Source: Phoronis australis (Eukaryota; Animalia; Phoronida). From it: DNA of 64,000 nt. Under the pieces are notes generated by a model. That model was not told the origin of the DNA. It did not search any database and saw nothing but the letters and a program-made list of their open reading frames with translations. Below are positions 52,259-64,000 of the stretch, piece by piece. Position numbers and translations under genes: made by a program. The stretch is from NCBI GenBank assembly GCA_002633005.1, contig NMRA01000044.1:654074-718073 (forward strand). The letters are read 5' to 3'. Position 1 is the first letter of the stretch, and every line of letters starts with the position of its first letter.

Positions 52259-54791
52259 ATGGAATTAGTGGAAACTGCCAGACGCGCCAGGAAGTCGGCG
52301 AAATCAGCATTCACTAGAGTCAGCAATACTCTAGCTGATTTAATTGGAAGTGACGTGGACAAAACAAAAGTACAGGAGTACTTTGATAAGTTGCCCGTGG
52401 CATATGGTAATTTGACGGACAAACATGAGGCATATGTTTGTCACCTTGACGACGATGACAAGTATGAAGAAGAGGAACAGTGGCTGGAAATGATGCACAG
52501 AGTATTTGTAGACCACGAAATACGAGTGTTCCAGCTATGCAGCATCAAGGAAGAAAACAACGGGACAACCAAGCCAACCGACGAGACGACTGAGACCGAT
52601 GAGACAACTGTGACCGGAGATACAGCAGCCGCCGCGACCGAAGTAATGGCAACGACCGGAGAGGTTACAGAAGCAGACGCAAGCAGTGTAAACGTTATGA
52701 CTGACAATAATAAACACTCGGTGTTTCAATTGGAAAAACATAGACTTCCGAAGTTTGGAGGTGATGTAAGAGAATATTTAAGTTTTAAGGATGATTTCCA
52801 GTACATGGTTGGAAACAGATACAAGGTACCTAAACTACACGGTCAACGGACTCAAAAACACGGGAACGGACGCATGAACACGACTCACGGACCGGCAAAC
52901 ACCGTCCACTGACTCACAAACACGGGAACGGACTCACAAAACACGATCCACGCACCCAAATACACGGGACACGGACTCATATTCACGAGGAAACACGGTT
53001 AACGGACCGCCAAACACGGTCAACGGACAAAATGTCAACTTCAGCGTTGACAGCTGTGTAATGGGTGCGAGATTAAATATATTTTTGATGTTATTTTTGT
53101 CTGTACTGTGATGTAATTGTTGTGATTTAGAAACAATAAACATTATTGAANTTGGAAGTGACGTGGACAAAACAAAAGTACAGGAGTACTTTGATAAGTT
53201 GTCCGTGGCATATGATAATTTGACGGACAAACATGAGGCATATGTTTGTCACCTTAACGACGATGACAAGTATGAAGAAGAGGAACAGTGGCTGGAAACG
53301 ATGCACAGAGTATTTGTAGACCACGAAATACAAGTGTTCCAGCTATGCAGCATCAAGGAAGAAAACAACTTGACAACTGAACCAACCGACGAGACGACTG
53401 AGACCGATGAGACAACTGAGACCGGGGAGACAGCAGCGACTGTGACCGGAGATATAGCAGCGACCGGGGAGACAACAGAGACTGTGACTGGAGATACAGC
53501 AGCCGCTGCGACCGAAGTAATGGTGGCAACGACCGGAGAGGTTACAGAAGCAGACGCAAGCAGTGTAAACGTTGTGACTGACAATAATAAACATTCAGTG
53601 TTTAAATTGGAAAAACATAGACTTCCGAAGTTTGGAGGTGATGTAAGAGAATATTTAAGTTTTAAGGATGATTTCCAATACATGGTTGGAAACAGATATA
53701 GCAAGAGGGATAGCATAGCAGTGTTAAAGAGTAGCTTGCAAGGTAAGCCTCTTGANAAGAGAATATTTAAGTTTTAAGGATGATTTCCAGTACATGGTTG
53801 GAAACAGATATAGCAAGAGGGATAGCATAGCAGTGTTAAGGAATAGCTTGCAAGGTAAGCCTCTTGATCTAATTAAGGGCTTAGGTTCAGATTATGATGC
53901 TGCTTGGGCTTATTTGGATTCACTGTACGGGGACCCACGTTATGTGGCTGATGTAGTTTTGCAAGATTTAAGTAAATTTAAAGGTTTACAGCCAGGCGAG
54001 GATAGCAGGTTTTGCGAATTAGTTCATTTAATGCGCAGAAGTTATAATACTCTTAAATTAGTGGGGCGTCCATATGACATGGATAACAATCACATGTTAG
54101 CTATTATTGAGCAACGCATGTGTCATGAAGATAGAAGGTTGTGGGCCCGCGAGCTAGAGCGCGAAAAAGACGAGGCATCACTTTCTAGGCTCCTGGAATG
54201 GATGAGCGGCGAGATGAAGACTCGGATGCGTGCCTCAGCTGCGATTAGAACGAGTACACAGAATGCAAAATCCCTTCATCATGTATCCACCACAAGTAGC
54301 GAGCGACCCTCGGCCCACAAGTGTTGGCTGTGCAAATCATCAACACACTGGCCAGACCAATGCCAAAAATTGAAACAGCTAACACCAGAACAGCGACTGG
54401 CAAAAGTGAGAGAAGAACATGTATGCTTCTGTTGCTTGAAGAAAACGAGCAAAAGCCACTGGTCCACCAATTGTTCCCGACGAAGGCAATGTCCAGAGAA
54501 AGATAACGGCACCCAGTGCAAGTATCACCACCATCCGCTTCTGCACACGCGCGTCTGTCAGAATGCACGACCAACAGGTGGCGTGTACGCAGCATCACAG
54601 AGTGGCGAAGTGCATGCGGCTTCACGAAGTGGCAAAGGTGATGTACTTTTACCAATTCTCACGACACAAGTTTGTGGCCAGAAAGGGAATAGGGCCACTA
54701 ATGTTTTAATAGACTCCGGAGCGCAGCTTAGCCTGATCACCACAGAATTAGCAAAAGAGTTAGGTGTTGAGGGGAAAACTATTTCCATAGA
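52259..54791 (+). pseudogene. gag: BEL gag and protease, present as overlapping redundant segments (52259-52821, 53152-53755, 53757-54791)
   Basis: RLPKFGGDVREYLSF; knuckles CWLC...HWPDQC, CFCC...HWSTNC and CKYHHHPLLH; protease VLIDSGA. Confidence 0.9.
52822..53150. mobile_element. End of a small repeat-rich element inserted into gag (other end lost at the N join)
   Basis: gag homology stops after ...GGAAACAGATA. What follows is CAAGGTACCTAAACTACACGG and many ACACGG/AACGGAC motifs. Confidence 0.55.
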
Positions 54792-54792
54792 N

Positions 54793-56152
54793 TAGGGCCA
54801 CTAATGTTTTAATAGATTCCGGAGCGCAGCTTAGCCTGATCACCACAGAATTAGCAAAAGAGTTAGGTGTTGAGGGGAAACTATTTCCATAGACATAACC
54901 AAGGTAGGAGGCGAGGTTGAACAGATGTCAACCAAAGTTTACCAGGTAAAGGTAAAATCAAAACTAGATGGCAGTCTGCATAGGATAAAGGCAATAGGTA
55001 TCCCGAACATCAGCAACGCGACAAGAGAAGTTAGACTTGACGGGGTAGCACGAAAACTTGGAGTCAGTCCAAACCAGCTGACTAGAGAAGGCGGACCAAT
55101 AGGCATTTTAATAGGAGTGGACCATCCTAGAGCACACGCAGGTCCCATGACAGAAATTGGAAAGTTAGTGGCAAGGCAAACACCACTTGGGTGGGTGGTG
55201 CTAGGGCCACTGGATGGTGTAGTTAACAAATTACATGACAGTCAGCGGGTCTTACATGTACAAATCAGACAGGATGTAGGCCTAGACATCACTGATTTTT
55301 GGAAAACTGAATCCATGGGTGTAGGCAACAAGTTCAATGATTGCGACGCAGGGAAATTAAATAAGACAGAAGCTGGCGAGGAAAAAATATTTCGAGATTC
55401 CAGCAAGAAGGTTGGAAATCAGTGGTTGATTTCTTACCCTTGGGTCAAGGACCCTAAGCAGTTACCAAACAACAGAGTACAAGCAGAAAAAAGATTGGCT
55501 TCAATTGAGAAAAGGCTGCAGCATAAAAACATTGCGAAGGCATACGATCAGTAGATGATGGAGATGGAACAAATGAAGTTTAGTAGAAAAGTTAATTCTT
55601 ACAAGGGAACAGTACACTACATAATGCATCACCCTGTAGTGAGAATGGACAAGCCAAGTACCCCGGTAAGAATTGTTTTTTAATTCATCTTCGTCATAAG
55701 AAGGACACCGACTCAATGATTACTGGCTAAAAGGATCAGATTTGTTAAACGGTCTTTTTGGAGTAGTTTTGAGGTTCAGAGAAAACCATGTTGCCATTGT
55801 GTCCAAGATATACCACAGAATTCTAATTCCAGTAGAAGACCAGCATGTACACAGATTCTTGTGGAGAAATTTTGAGCAGCGAACACCAGTTACCTATGTA
55901 AGCACGGTATTGACCTTTAGAGATAAAACGGTACCAGCCATGGTACAGATAGCACTACGCAAGACAGGTGAAGAAAATGTTAAAAATTATCCAGAAGCAG
56001 CCAGAATATTGAAGATTAATATGTATATGGACGACATATGCGAATCGGCCAAGACTGAAAGCGAGGCACAGAGACAGCGAGGATGTGAATAAGGTACTCG
56101 CTACTGGAGGGTTTGCAGTAAAGGGATGGGCTTCCAACAGGAACCTACAATG
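54793..56152 (+). pseudogene. pol: Degraded duplicate of the BEL2 protease-RT region
   Basis: 54905-56152 duplicates 56154-57426 but has stops (e.g. 55552) and small deletions. Confidence 0.9.
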
Positions 56153-56153
56153 N

Positions 56154-59100
56154 TAGGAGGCGAGGTTGAACAGATGTCAACCAAAGTTTACCAGGTAAAG
56201 GTAAAATCAAAACTAGATGGCAGTCTGCAGAGGATAAAAGCAATAGGTATCCCGAACATCAGCAACGCGACAGGAGAAGTTAGACTTGACGGGGTAGCAC
56301 GAAAACTTGGATTCAGTCCAAACCAGCTGACTAGAGAAGACGGACCAATAGGCATCTTAATAGGAGTGGACCATCCTAGAGTACACGCAGGTCCCATGAC
56401 AGAAATTGGAAAGTTAGTGGCAAGGCAAACACCACTTGGGTGGGTGGTGTTAGGGCCACTGGATGATGTAGTTAACAAATTACATGACAGTCAGCGGGTC
56501 TTACATGTACAAATCAGACAGGATGTAGGCCTAGACATCACTGATTTTTGGAATACTGAATCCATGGGTGTAGGCAACAAGTGCAATGATTGCGATGCAG
56601 GGAAATTAAATAAGACAGAAGGTGACGAGGAAAAAATAATTCGAGATTCCAGCAAGAAGGTTGGAAATCAGTGGTTGATTCCTTACCCTTGGGTCAAGGA
56701 CCCTAAGCAGTTACCAAACAACAGAGTACAAGCAGAGAAAAGATTGGCTTCAACTGAGAAAAGGCTGCAGCAGAAAAACATTGCGAAGGCATACGATCAG
56801 CAGATGAAGGAGATGGAACAAATGAAATTTAGCAGAAAACTCACATCGGAAGAAGTTAATTCTTACAAGGGACCAGTACACTACATAATGCATTACCCTG
56901 TAGTGAGAATGGACAAGCCAAGTACCCCGGTAAGAATTGTTTTTAATTCATCTTCGTCATATGAAGGACACCGAATCAATGATTACTGGCTAAAAGGACC
57001 AGATTTGTTAAACGGTCTTTTTGGAGTAGTTTTGAGATTCAGAGAAAACCAGGTTGCCATTGTGGGAGATGTGTCCAAGATGTACCACAGAATTCTAATT
57101 CCAGTAGAAGACCAGCATGTACACAGATTCTTGTGGAGACATTTTGAGCAGCGAACACCAGATACCTATGTAAAAACGGTATTGACCTTTGGAGATAAAC
57201 CGGCACCTGCTATGGCACAGATAGCACTACCCAAGACAGCTGAAGAAAATGTTAAAAATTATCCAGAAGCAGCCAGAATATTGAAGATTAATACGTATAT
57301 GGACGACATATGCGAATCGGCTAAGACTGAAAGCGAGGCACAGAGACATAGCGAGGATCTGAATAAGGTACTCGCTACTGGAGGGTTTGAAGTAAAGGGA
57401 TGGGCTTCCAACAGAAACCTACAATGCAACAAACAGGAAAACACAGAGCTAAATTCCTTGCAAGGAGTAGAGAAAGTATTGGGAATTTCATGGAACAAGA
57501 ACACAGATGAACTGACGTTCAAAACAGGCGATGCGCTGCAAGCAATTGTAAGTGACAAAGTGAGGTTGACCAAGAGAAAGATACTTAGTCAAGTAGCGAG
57601 GATATTTGATCCTATTGGGTTTGCAGCAGAAGTCATTATTAAAGCGAAGATAGGCATGCAGAAACTATGGCAGTTGGGCTTAGACTGGGATGAAGCTGTC
57701 CCACCAACGGTTAATGAAGAATGGTTAGCTCTCTTTGAAGAAATGCTACGCTTAGGTAACAGATCCTTTCAAAGATGCCTGACACCAGCAGATGCTATTG
57801 GATCACCAATGTTATGCATATTTTCTGATGCATCACAGGATGCATTTGGAGCATGTGCCTATGTAAGATGGAAGTTAAACGATAGAAGTTTCGGAGTAAG
57901 ATTTATAGCAGCCAAGTCGAGAGTTGCACCTCTGAAGCAACTAACTATTCCAAGGCTTGAATTGCAGGCAGCAGTATTGGCTTCTCGTCTAGGAAAGACA
58001 ATTCAAGAAGAATCGAGATTTGCCTTTGAAGAAGTAAAGTACTTCGTCGACAGCCAGATAGTCTTAGCATGGATTCACAGTCCATCTAGAAGTTTCAAGG
58101 CTTTTGTTTCAGCTAGAGTTGGAGAAATACAGAGTCATTCAAATCCAGCTCAATGGAGATTTATTCCAGGGACAGAAAATGTTGCAGATGACATATCCCG
58201 TGGAATTTCGGTAGAACAACTGAATCAGAGATGGCAAGAAGGCCCAGAGTTTCTGAAGAAATCTGAAGATGAATGGCCACAGAGCAAAGACGATGGAAAT
58301 GTTTTACAAGAAGATACACAAGAACGCAAGAAGGTTCACGTGATTCAAGAAGTAGAAAGAATTCAACTAGTTGTTGATTGTACAACATTCTCCAATTGGC
58401 GTAAACTATTACGAGTTACAGCACTGGTTCTAAAGATGCAAGACAAAATACGCAGACGACGACAAGGCAATCGGCAAGAGTTTACAATAGTACCACTGTC
58501 TCCAGCGGACATTCTGAGAGCAGAGAATTACTGGGTCAGAGAAGCACAGAAAGAACTTAAGAATAGAATGCAGGATGGCGCTTTTGTGACACTTTCACCT
58601 TTCACTGATGAGGAAGGGCTGATACGTGTTGGTGGAAGAATTGACAAAGCAAATCTACCATATGAATCAAGACATCCAGTATTGTTACCGCACAGTCACT
58701 ATATCTCGAAGTTGATTGCAGCCCAGATGCACAGAATAGGACACAGTGGAGTTGCAGCGACAACGGCAAAAATCAGACAAAGATTTTGGATTCTGAAAGC
58801 ACACGACTTAGTAAAGCGCATCAAATATCAATGTACATTTTGCAGAGAAATGAACGCGAGACTAGAGACACAGTTTATGGCTGATTTACCAGAAAGAAGA
58901 CTTATGCCATTCACACCCCCATTTCTCCATGCATCATGCGACTATTTTGGACCTTACAATGTAAAGATTGGCAGAAACAAGACAACGAAGCATTATGGAG
59001 TAATCTTCACATGTCTGAATACCGGAGCAGTCCATTTGGAGTTGGCTACAGATTGTTCAACGATGGAATATCTGCAAGTGCTCAGAAGATTCTTCTCCAT

Positions 59101-59816
59101 AAGAGGATACCCTCAGACACTCACAAGCGATAATGGTACTCAATTTGTAGGAGCAGAAAGAGAGCTTCGTGAGATGATCAGAGGATGGGACATACAAGCG
59201 ATACAAGAGTTTGGCGTAGAAAAGAGTATGAAATGGCAATTCATTACTCCAACAGCACCACATCAGAATGGTCGTGCTGAAGCACTGGTGAAGACATGTA
59301 AAGCAGCACTTAAAGCAGCAATTGCAACGCAGTTACTCACACCATTTGAGTTATACACGTGTCTACTGGAAGTGGGTAACTTGGTGAACCAGCGTCCAAT
59401 AGGAAGAATTCCTAATGACCCAGATGATGGTTCATATTTGTGTCCAAATCACATGCTTTTGGGAAGAGCAACCCCGAGGTCCATTCAAAGAAACTCGCAA
59501 TCCTAGACAGCGAGTAGAGTTTGTACAACGACTTATAGATTCCTTTTGGAAAAGATGGTCTAGAGATGTCTTACCAACATTGGTACCAAGGACCAGATGG
59601 AATTACCAGAAAAGAAATGTCAGCATCGGAGATGTTGTAGTCATTGCTGACCCTAATGCTCTAAGAGGGAAATGGACTCTTGGAAAAGTCGAGCAGGTTT
59701 TTCCAGGTGCTGACGGACGGGTTAGAAATATTGATGTTCGTACTAGTAATTGATTATTAAGTAGACCAGTTACTAAAGTAGCAGTGATATACCCAGTAGA
59801 GGGGTATGAGGACTAA
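56154..59816 (+). CDS. pol: BEL pol (RT, RNase H, integrase, DUF5641-like region); long open frame to 59506, frameshift near 59470 and a late stop
   Basis: PVRIVFN, GDVSKMYHRI, YMDD, IFSDAS, TIPRLEL, NVADDISRG, H..GHSG...CTFC, CDYFGP, SDNGTQF, NGRAE and FWKRW. Confidence 0.95.
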
Positions 59817-59835
59817 CTCCTCATAGGGGGGAGGG

Positions 59836-60681
59836 TGTTGTGTTTATGTTTACGTTAGAATCGGGCATGTGACTACAGCTGATGGGATGAGTGCAGTGTG
59901 TGGGTTGATGACTCTAGGAAACATGGCTTATTATGTAATAGTGTTACTCATATAGTTCCGTGCAGTAGTTGTAGTGAGTTCTATGTATAATTGGATATAT
60001 TCCAAGATATAACCTTTAAATATGTCCATGTTCGTAGTACAGCTATTCATTGACAAGAGAATTCGGTGACAAATTTGGTAAGGGCAAGTAAAATCACGAA
60101 AAATGACTAGATTAGTCATAGGGTTAGAATCATATAAATTCTGAATGAGAAGGCATTTTACAGCAGTTCAGAACGGAGATGTAAACGGGTTAAGACGTAG
60201 TGAAGCAGTTTATGAAGTTAAAACCGATGTAGCAGGACTTTGATTCCTCCACAGAAGTAAGTAGTTATTTACTATTATTCGTATTGTAATATTTAAGTAA
60301 AATAAGGTTTATTTAGAATTATTGTCAAATAGAAAGCTCAGAAATATGTTTGACTATTATGAAAAATAGCGTGAATAAGAAATAACGAAAGTTTAAATAG
60401 TTTAATACAAGTATGTTTGAATACGATGCAGTTATCATGGAAATTAGATCAGTAATGTGTTTAGATTTACCAAAATAATAAGCTAGGAATCTTATTACGG
60501 TAACCTATGATTATATCGGAATTATAAATAGTGTTCGACAAGTAATTGTTATTTAGATTAATTAGTTTCTAATGTTTTGTAATTTGTTGTTTACAGAGCG
60601 AATAAATATACTATCATTTATATGATTTAAAGAGGAATCCTAGTTCTCATTGGTTTCGGCCTTGAGCCTGTCAGCGGTACA
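59836..60681 (+). repeat. 3' LTR of BEL element 2
   Basis: Directly follows the PPT; direct repeat of 51372-52210. Confidence 0.93.
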
Positions 60682-60789
60682 GAAGGAATATGATAAAAGG
60701 TTATTCCAAGTGTCATGTCAGCAGTGTTTTGATTCACAGTCACATGTGTGCATAATGAGGGTGCTTAACTGGAATTTCAAAACTGTCTT

Positions 60790-61870
60790 TATAAGAAATA
60801 CTCACAGGCACAAGCAAAATACAGGTGACAGGTTGCTTCTTATAGATCTTTTCAGAGTAGTGGACACTCTTCAGCTTCTGACACAGGTACAACCCGATGA
60901 CAATCACAGCTGGTAATACCCACCAGCCCAGTGAGTATGGACACAGCAAGTTGAATACAATGCCCTCATCCTCAGATATACTTATGTGAGACTGAAAAAA
61001 TCAAACCACATTAATTTTGAGTTGTAGTTTAAACATGACCTCAACATGAAGGGGAATGTTGTTTTCAACAACATGCTTTTTGGTGTCAGCATGGCTTCAA
61101 ACTGGTTGTTGTTCTTCAAAAAACCAGTGGTCCATTATTAATGAAGTTTTAAGACAGTATAATTTTCAGCATTTCATTTTAGTGATACATAGCAAATGTA
61201 TTTTATTACAGTTTTCAGTTTTGTTACCTATTAAACTTGTGTGATTACTGATGAAAGAAAACAATTAGAGTGACTTGATAACACAAAAGTTATGTAGAAT
61301 CGGTTTTATTGCGTTAAGAAACGAGAGTTCTAAGCATACCTGCATGTGAAGAGACCGAACATCAATTGCCACCTAAACCTATTCCTCTGCACAATGTAAA
61401 CTGATGGATTGTGCTCTTGATAAAGTGAGTCTGCAAGGGTCTAGTCGCACACTCAAATTCCAAGAAAGGGTACATAAGTTAAAAGCAAGCACTGTCATTA
61501 ACCTTCCCCTGTCCCTAACCCTATATTTACCCAATCGAGACCATACGACTGATAATACAAGATGTAACCTGGTCGACCTTTATTAATGCTCCTACTGATC
61601 TGCCTTTGGCTATACCCTTTTGCCTTTGAGGAGGTCCCATTCATAGTACCTTGTCCTGTAATGACGTGACCACTCCCAGTGTCCTGCAGTTTGAGAACCA
61701 GATTTGTCCACTTCAACAGGCATCAAATTTGTTGTATCCCATTCCCAACCATGGTTTTGTATGTCCTCACTTTTCTCGCAACAAGCTTCAGTCTACCAGC
61801 ACTTCCCAAGTTTGCTTGCATTCAATCCGAGGCTTCATCGCTGATCCAGTGTGTTTGTGTTCAAGTGGAC
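60790..61870 (-). pseudogene. Possible Academ-like C-terminal remnants
   Basis: Minus-strand IQNHGWEWDTTNLMPV at ~61700-61770 and a Cys-spaced ITSCDC...EECP...C...CAC at ~60800-60920. Very decayed. Confidence 0.35.
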
Positions 61871-61886
61871 TAGCTAGCTGACTAGT

Positions 61887-62318
61887 CAGTGGTGGATTTA
61901 GAGGGGTGAGGGGGCGAGGGTGCAATGGTCTCCCTAAAATTCTCCCAGCTCCCATTTGGCAGTTCAGGGGTGCAAATGTTTGGCGAACTAAATCCTGGCC
62001 AATACTCTGCCCTGTTCCCCCCAACTCAAAATCCTGGATCAGCCCAACGGGCGGATCCAGGATTTTGAGTAAGGTTGGGCCAGGGCACAGGAATAACCAG
62101 GAGTTAGCGACATGTGAGCGCCCAGTCTAATGTAGGTATGCGGGGGTCTCGAATTTTTGGGTTTGTGGACCTTATTACTAAAAATAACGTAAACGGTAAA
62201 AAGGGTTTGTTCAAGGGGCACATGCTAGTCAGCAATTCGCACCCCGAACTGCAAAATGGTATCTGGGAGAATTTTAGGGGGCCGTGACCCCCGTGGCCTC
62301 CTCTAAATTCGCCACTGT
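61887..62318. mobile_element. Cluster of GC-rich MITE termini
   Basis: CAGTGGTGGATTTAGAGG at 61887 versus CCTCTAAATTCGCCACTG ending at 62318; internal 22-bp inverted pair at 62024-62070. No TSD found. Confidence 0.5.
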
Positions 62319-63193
62319 GCCCCTGGTAGTACAATATACGAGTATAGAGTCCCTGTTGATAGACGATGTTTTTCTTATGGCAATGAAAAACCACAAATAG
62401 TTTTGCAATCCAAGTCCAAAGTCTGAAAACTGCCAGCAGGTAGAAATTCAACTCAAGGCCATCGAGTGTCAAATAGGGTCTATCCAACCCCAATAACATT
62501 ACACTCTTTTTCAGTTACAGCATTGATAGACCTAGGGCTAGGGCTAGCAGTAGCCTTGGTACAAATCTGTATACTAAATATACTACCCTGGCTGTGTAAA
62601 TTTCGGGGTCTATTGCAGAAAAACACACAGTGGTACCTAGCTGTATTTTGACGGCGATAGTCTTCATACCGCTAGCTGGGCTAGGGTACCACAACAGACT
62701 CGACTCGAGCACAACGATTACTATCGAATTCAGTACGTAATTTTCCTACAGGTACTGGTTTCATCTAATTCTAATTCGTAATAGTTAGACTGTTCAGCTC
62801 ATACAGTGAGCAATATTGTCATTAAAATGTTCAAGAAACGAATAAATTACCTGGTTAAGGCGAACTTCTCTTCTTCGAAGCAGTACCGGAAAAAACCGAG
62901 TTGCCGAAAGGTCAAACCGCACAGCATTATGGGCAACATTCGTTTATTTTGATCACGTAGATTTTAAGAAAATAAAAAATAAAAGAAAAAATATGTACAG
63001 GCAGTAGATCGACCCCATAATTACGAAAAATTCTAATTAAGTGCCAGAGAGTATGTTTCAATGGTTTTTATGCAGATTCACGATGTTTTTAAAACGTTTA
63101 AAAACGGATCGTATGACTTTAAGGTGCAATACTGCCTTCTTGAATGTGTCAACATATTCCACAAAATGATAAAATCCATTGACACAGATAAAT

Positions 63194-63890
63194 ATAGATT
63201 ATTACATGGCGAAGTCGTTATCCCCCGTTATCTAGAGCCCGAGTGGATTTTGGAGAATTATCGCCCGAGCGGCGTTAGCCCCGAGGGTGATAATTCTCCA
63301 AAATCCACGAGGGGTCTAGATAAGGGGGATAACGGCTGAGAACATGGAATAATCTATCTATACCACATTCTAAACGAGAAACATTGCAATGAATCGATTT
63401 ACCTTTTCTGACTCTCCACGGCTTTGTAACTACTTTCTATGTCAGAGGCCCGGGGTCGGAGGCCCTGACCTTTTAAGAAAAGCCCGGCTATTTTTGTCAA
63501 ATAATGCTTTTACTCAAAACCAGTTGAAAACTTAAATATTATAGAAATAAATTGAAATTATAAATTAAGGTTTACCAACTATTATAGCTTAAAACACGTT
63601 TTTTTTTCACGCTAAGCTTCGACCGGGAAATTATCGTCTACTAAAGTAGGTTACCACTGGTAACTGAATATAATTCTCAAGTCAAAGATCCTGACGACAC
63701 GATACCCGCATTCAAACTAGAGATCGGTGATTTACAAGTAAGAGGACATAAGAGAAAAGTTTCATCGAATTAAGATATCATTTTTATGGAAATTATGTGT
63801 GTTATTTTTCGTAGCGTATAAGTACAGTACAATGCGGTTTGTTGAACGTGCGATTATTGCGCGTGCTCATTTAAGAATTCTATTTTTCTT
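63194..63890 (+). mobile_element. Non-autonomous element with a long terminal hairpin (Crypton-like), copy B
   Basis: 164-bp imperfect palindrome at 63194-63357. The body matches the reverse complement of 6080-6540 (e.g. TTCTATGTCAGAGG...GGTCGGAGG and GTTTGTTGAAC.TGCGATT). Confidence 0.6.
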
Positions 63891-63900
63891 GATGACGTCA

Positions 63901-63975
63901 GTCCCTGCGTGGTGTAGTGGTAAAGTCGGCGACCAGCAATATTAGGGTCCCGGGTTCGACCCCGTCCTCGGTTTC
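63901..63975 (+). mobile_element. tRNA-derived SINE head or tRNA pseudogene
   Basis: A box TGGTGTAGTGGT and B box GGTTCGACCC at tRNA-like spacing; no intact acceptor stem. Confidence 0.6.
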
Positions 63976-64000
63976 CCGCCAAATCGTTATCTCACTAGTG

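Larger units (their letters stand above)
51372..60681 (+). mobile_element. BEL/Pao LTR retrotransposon 2; probably a mosaic of several copies or haplotypes in the assembly
   Basis: ~840-bp LTRs TGTTG...GTACA; PPT AGGGGGGAGGG at 59825-59835; gag-PR-RT-RH-IN order; no TSD; internal duplications joined at single Ns. Confidence 0.93.

Noticed and set aside
53152-56153. Real tandem duplications producing a multi-gag, double-protease retroelement
   Set aside because: Every junction coincides with a single N, which points to contig joins.
63901-63975. Functional tRNA gene
   Set aside because: A and B boxes are present, but the acceptor and anticodon stems do not pair convincingly; treated as a SINE head or pseudogene.

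Overview
Eukaryotic DNA, AT-rich and probably from a marine invertebrate (inferred from the TE repertoire). The window is made almost entirely of nested, mostly decayed transposable elements, and I could not support any host gene. It holds two BEL/Pao LTR retrotransposons (12701-23812, complete with a 5-bp TSD; 51372-60681, probably an assembly mosaic), a decayed Gypsy pol, a solo LTR, several CR1/L2-group LINE remnants, several Academ-like (XPG/CXC) DNA transposon remnants, and two Helentron-type non-autonomous elements with ~430-bp arrays. A P-like TIR element sits inside the first BEL and itself contains a Kolobok deletion derivative. There are also two copies of a THAP-bearing TIR element, two copies of a long-hairpin element, and two tRNA-like heads. 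The most unusual signals are: a decayed HIRAN-like reading frame inside the THAP TIR element (8545-8775), which the ORF track misses; a 2A-like GDVKSNPGP motif in a LINE; a long terminal hairpin whose tip is deleted in one copy; and a tRNA-like head between inverted, hammerhead-like arms. All family assignments come from motifs and termini read by eye, with no database searches. I cannot show that any of this is a new biological system.
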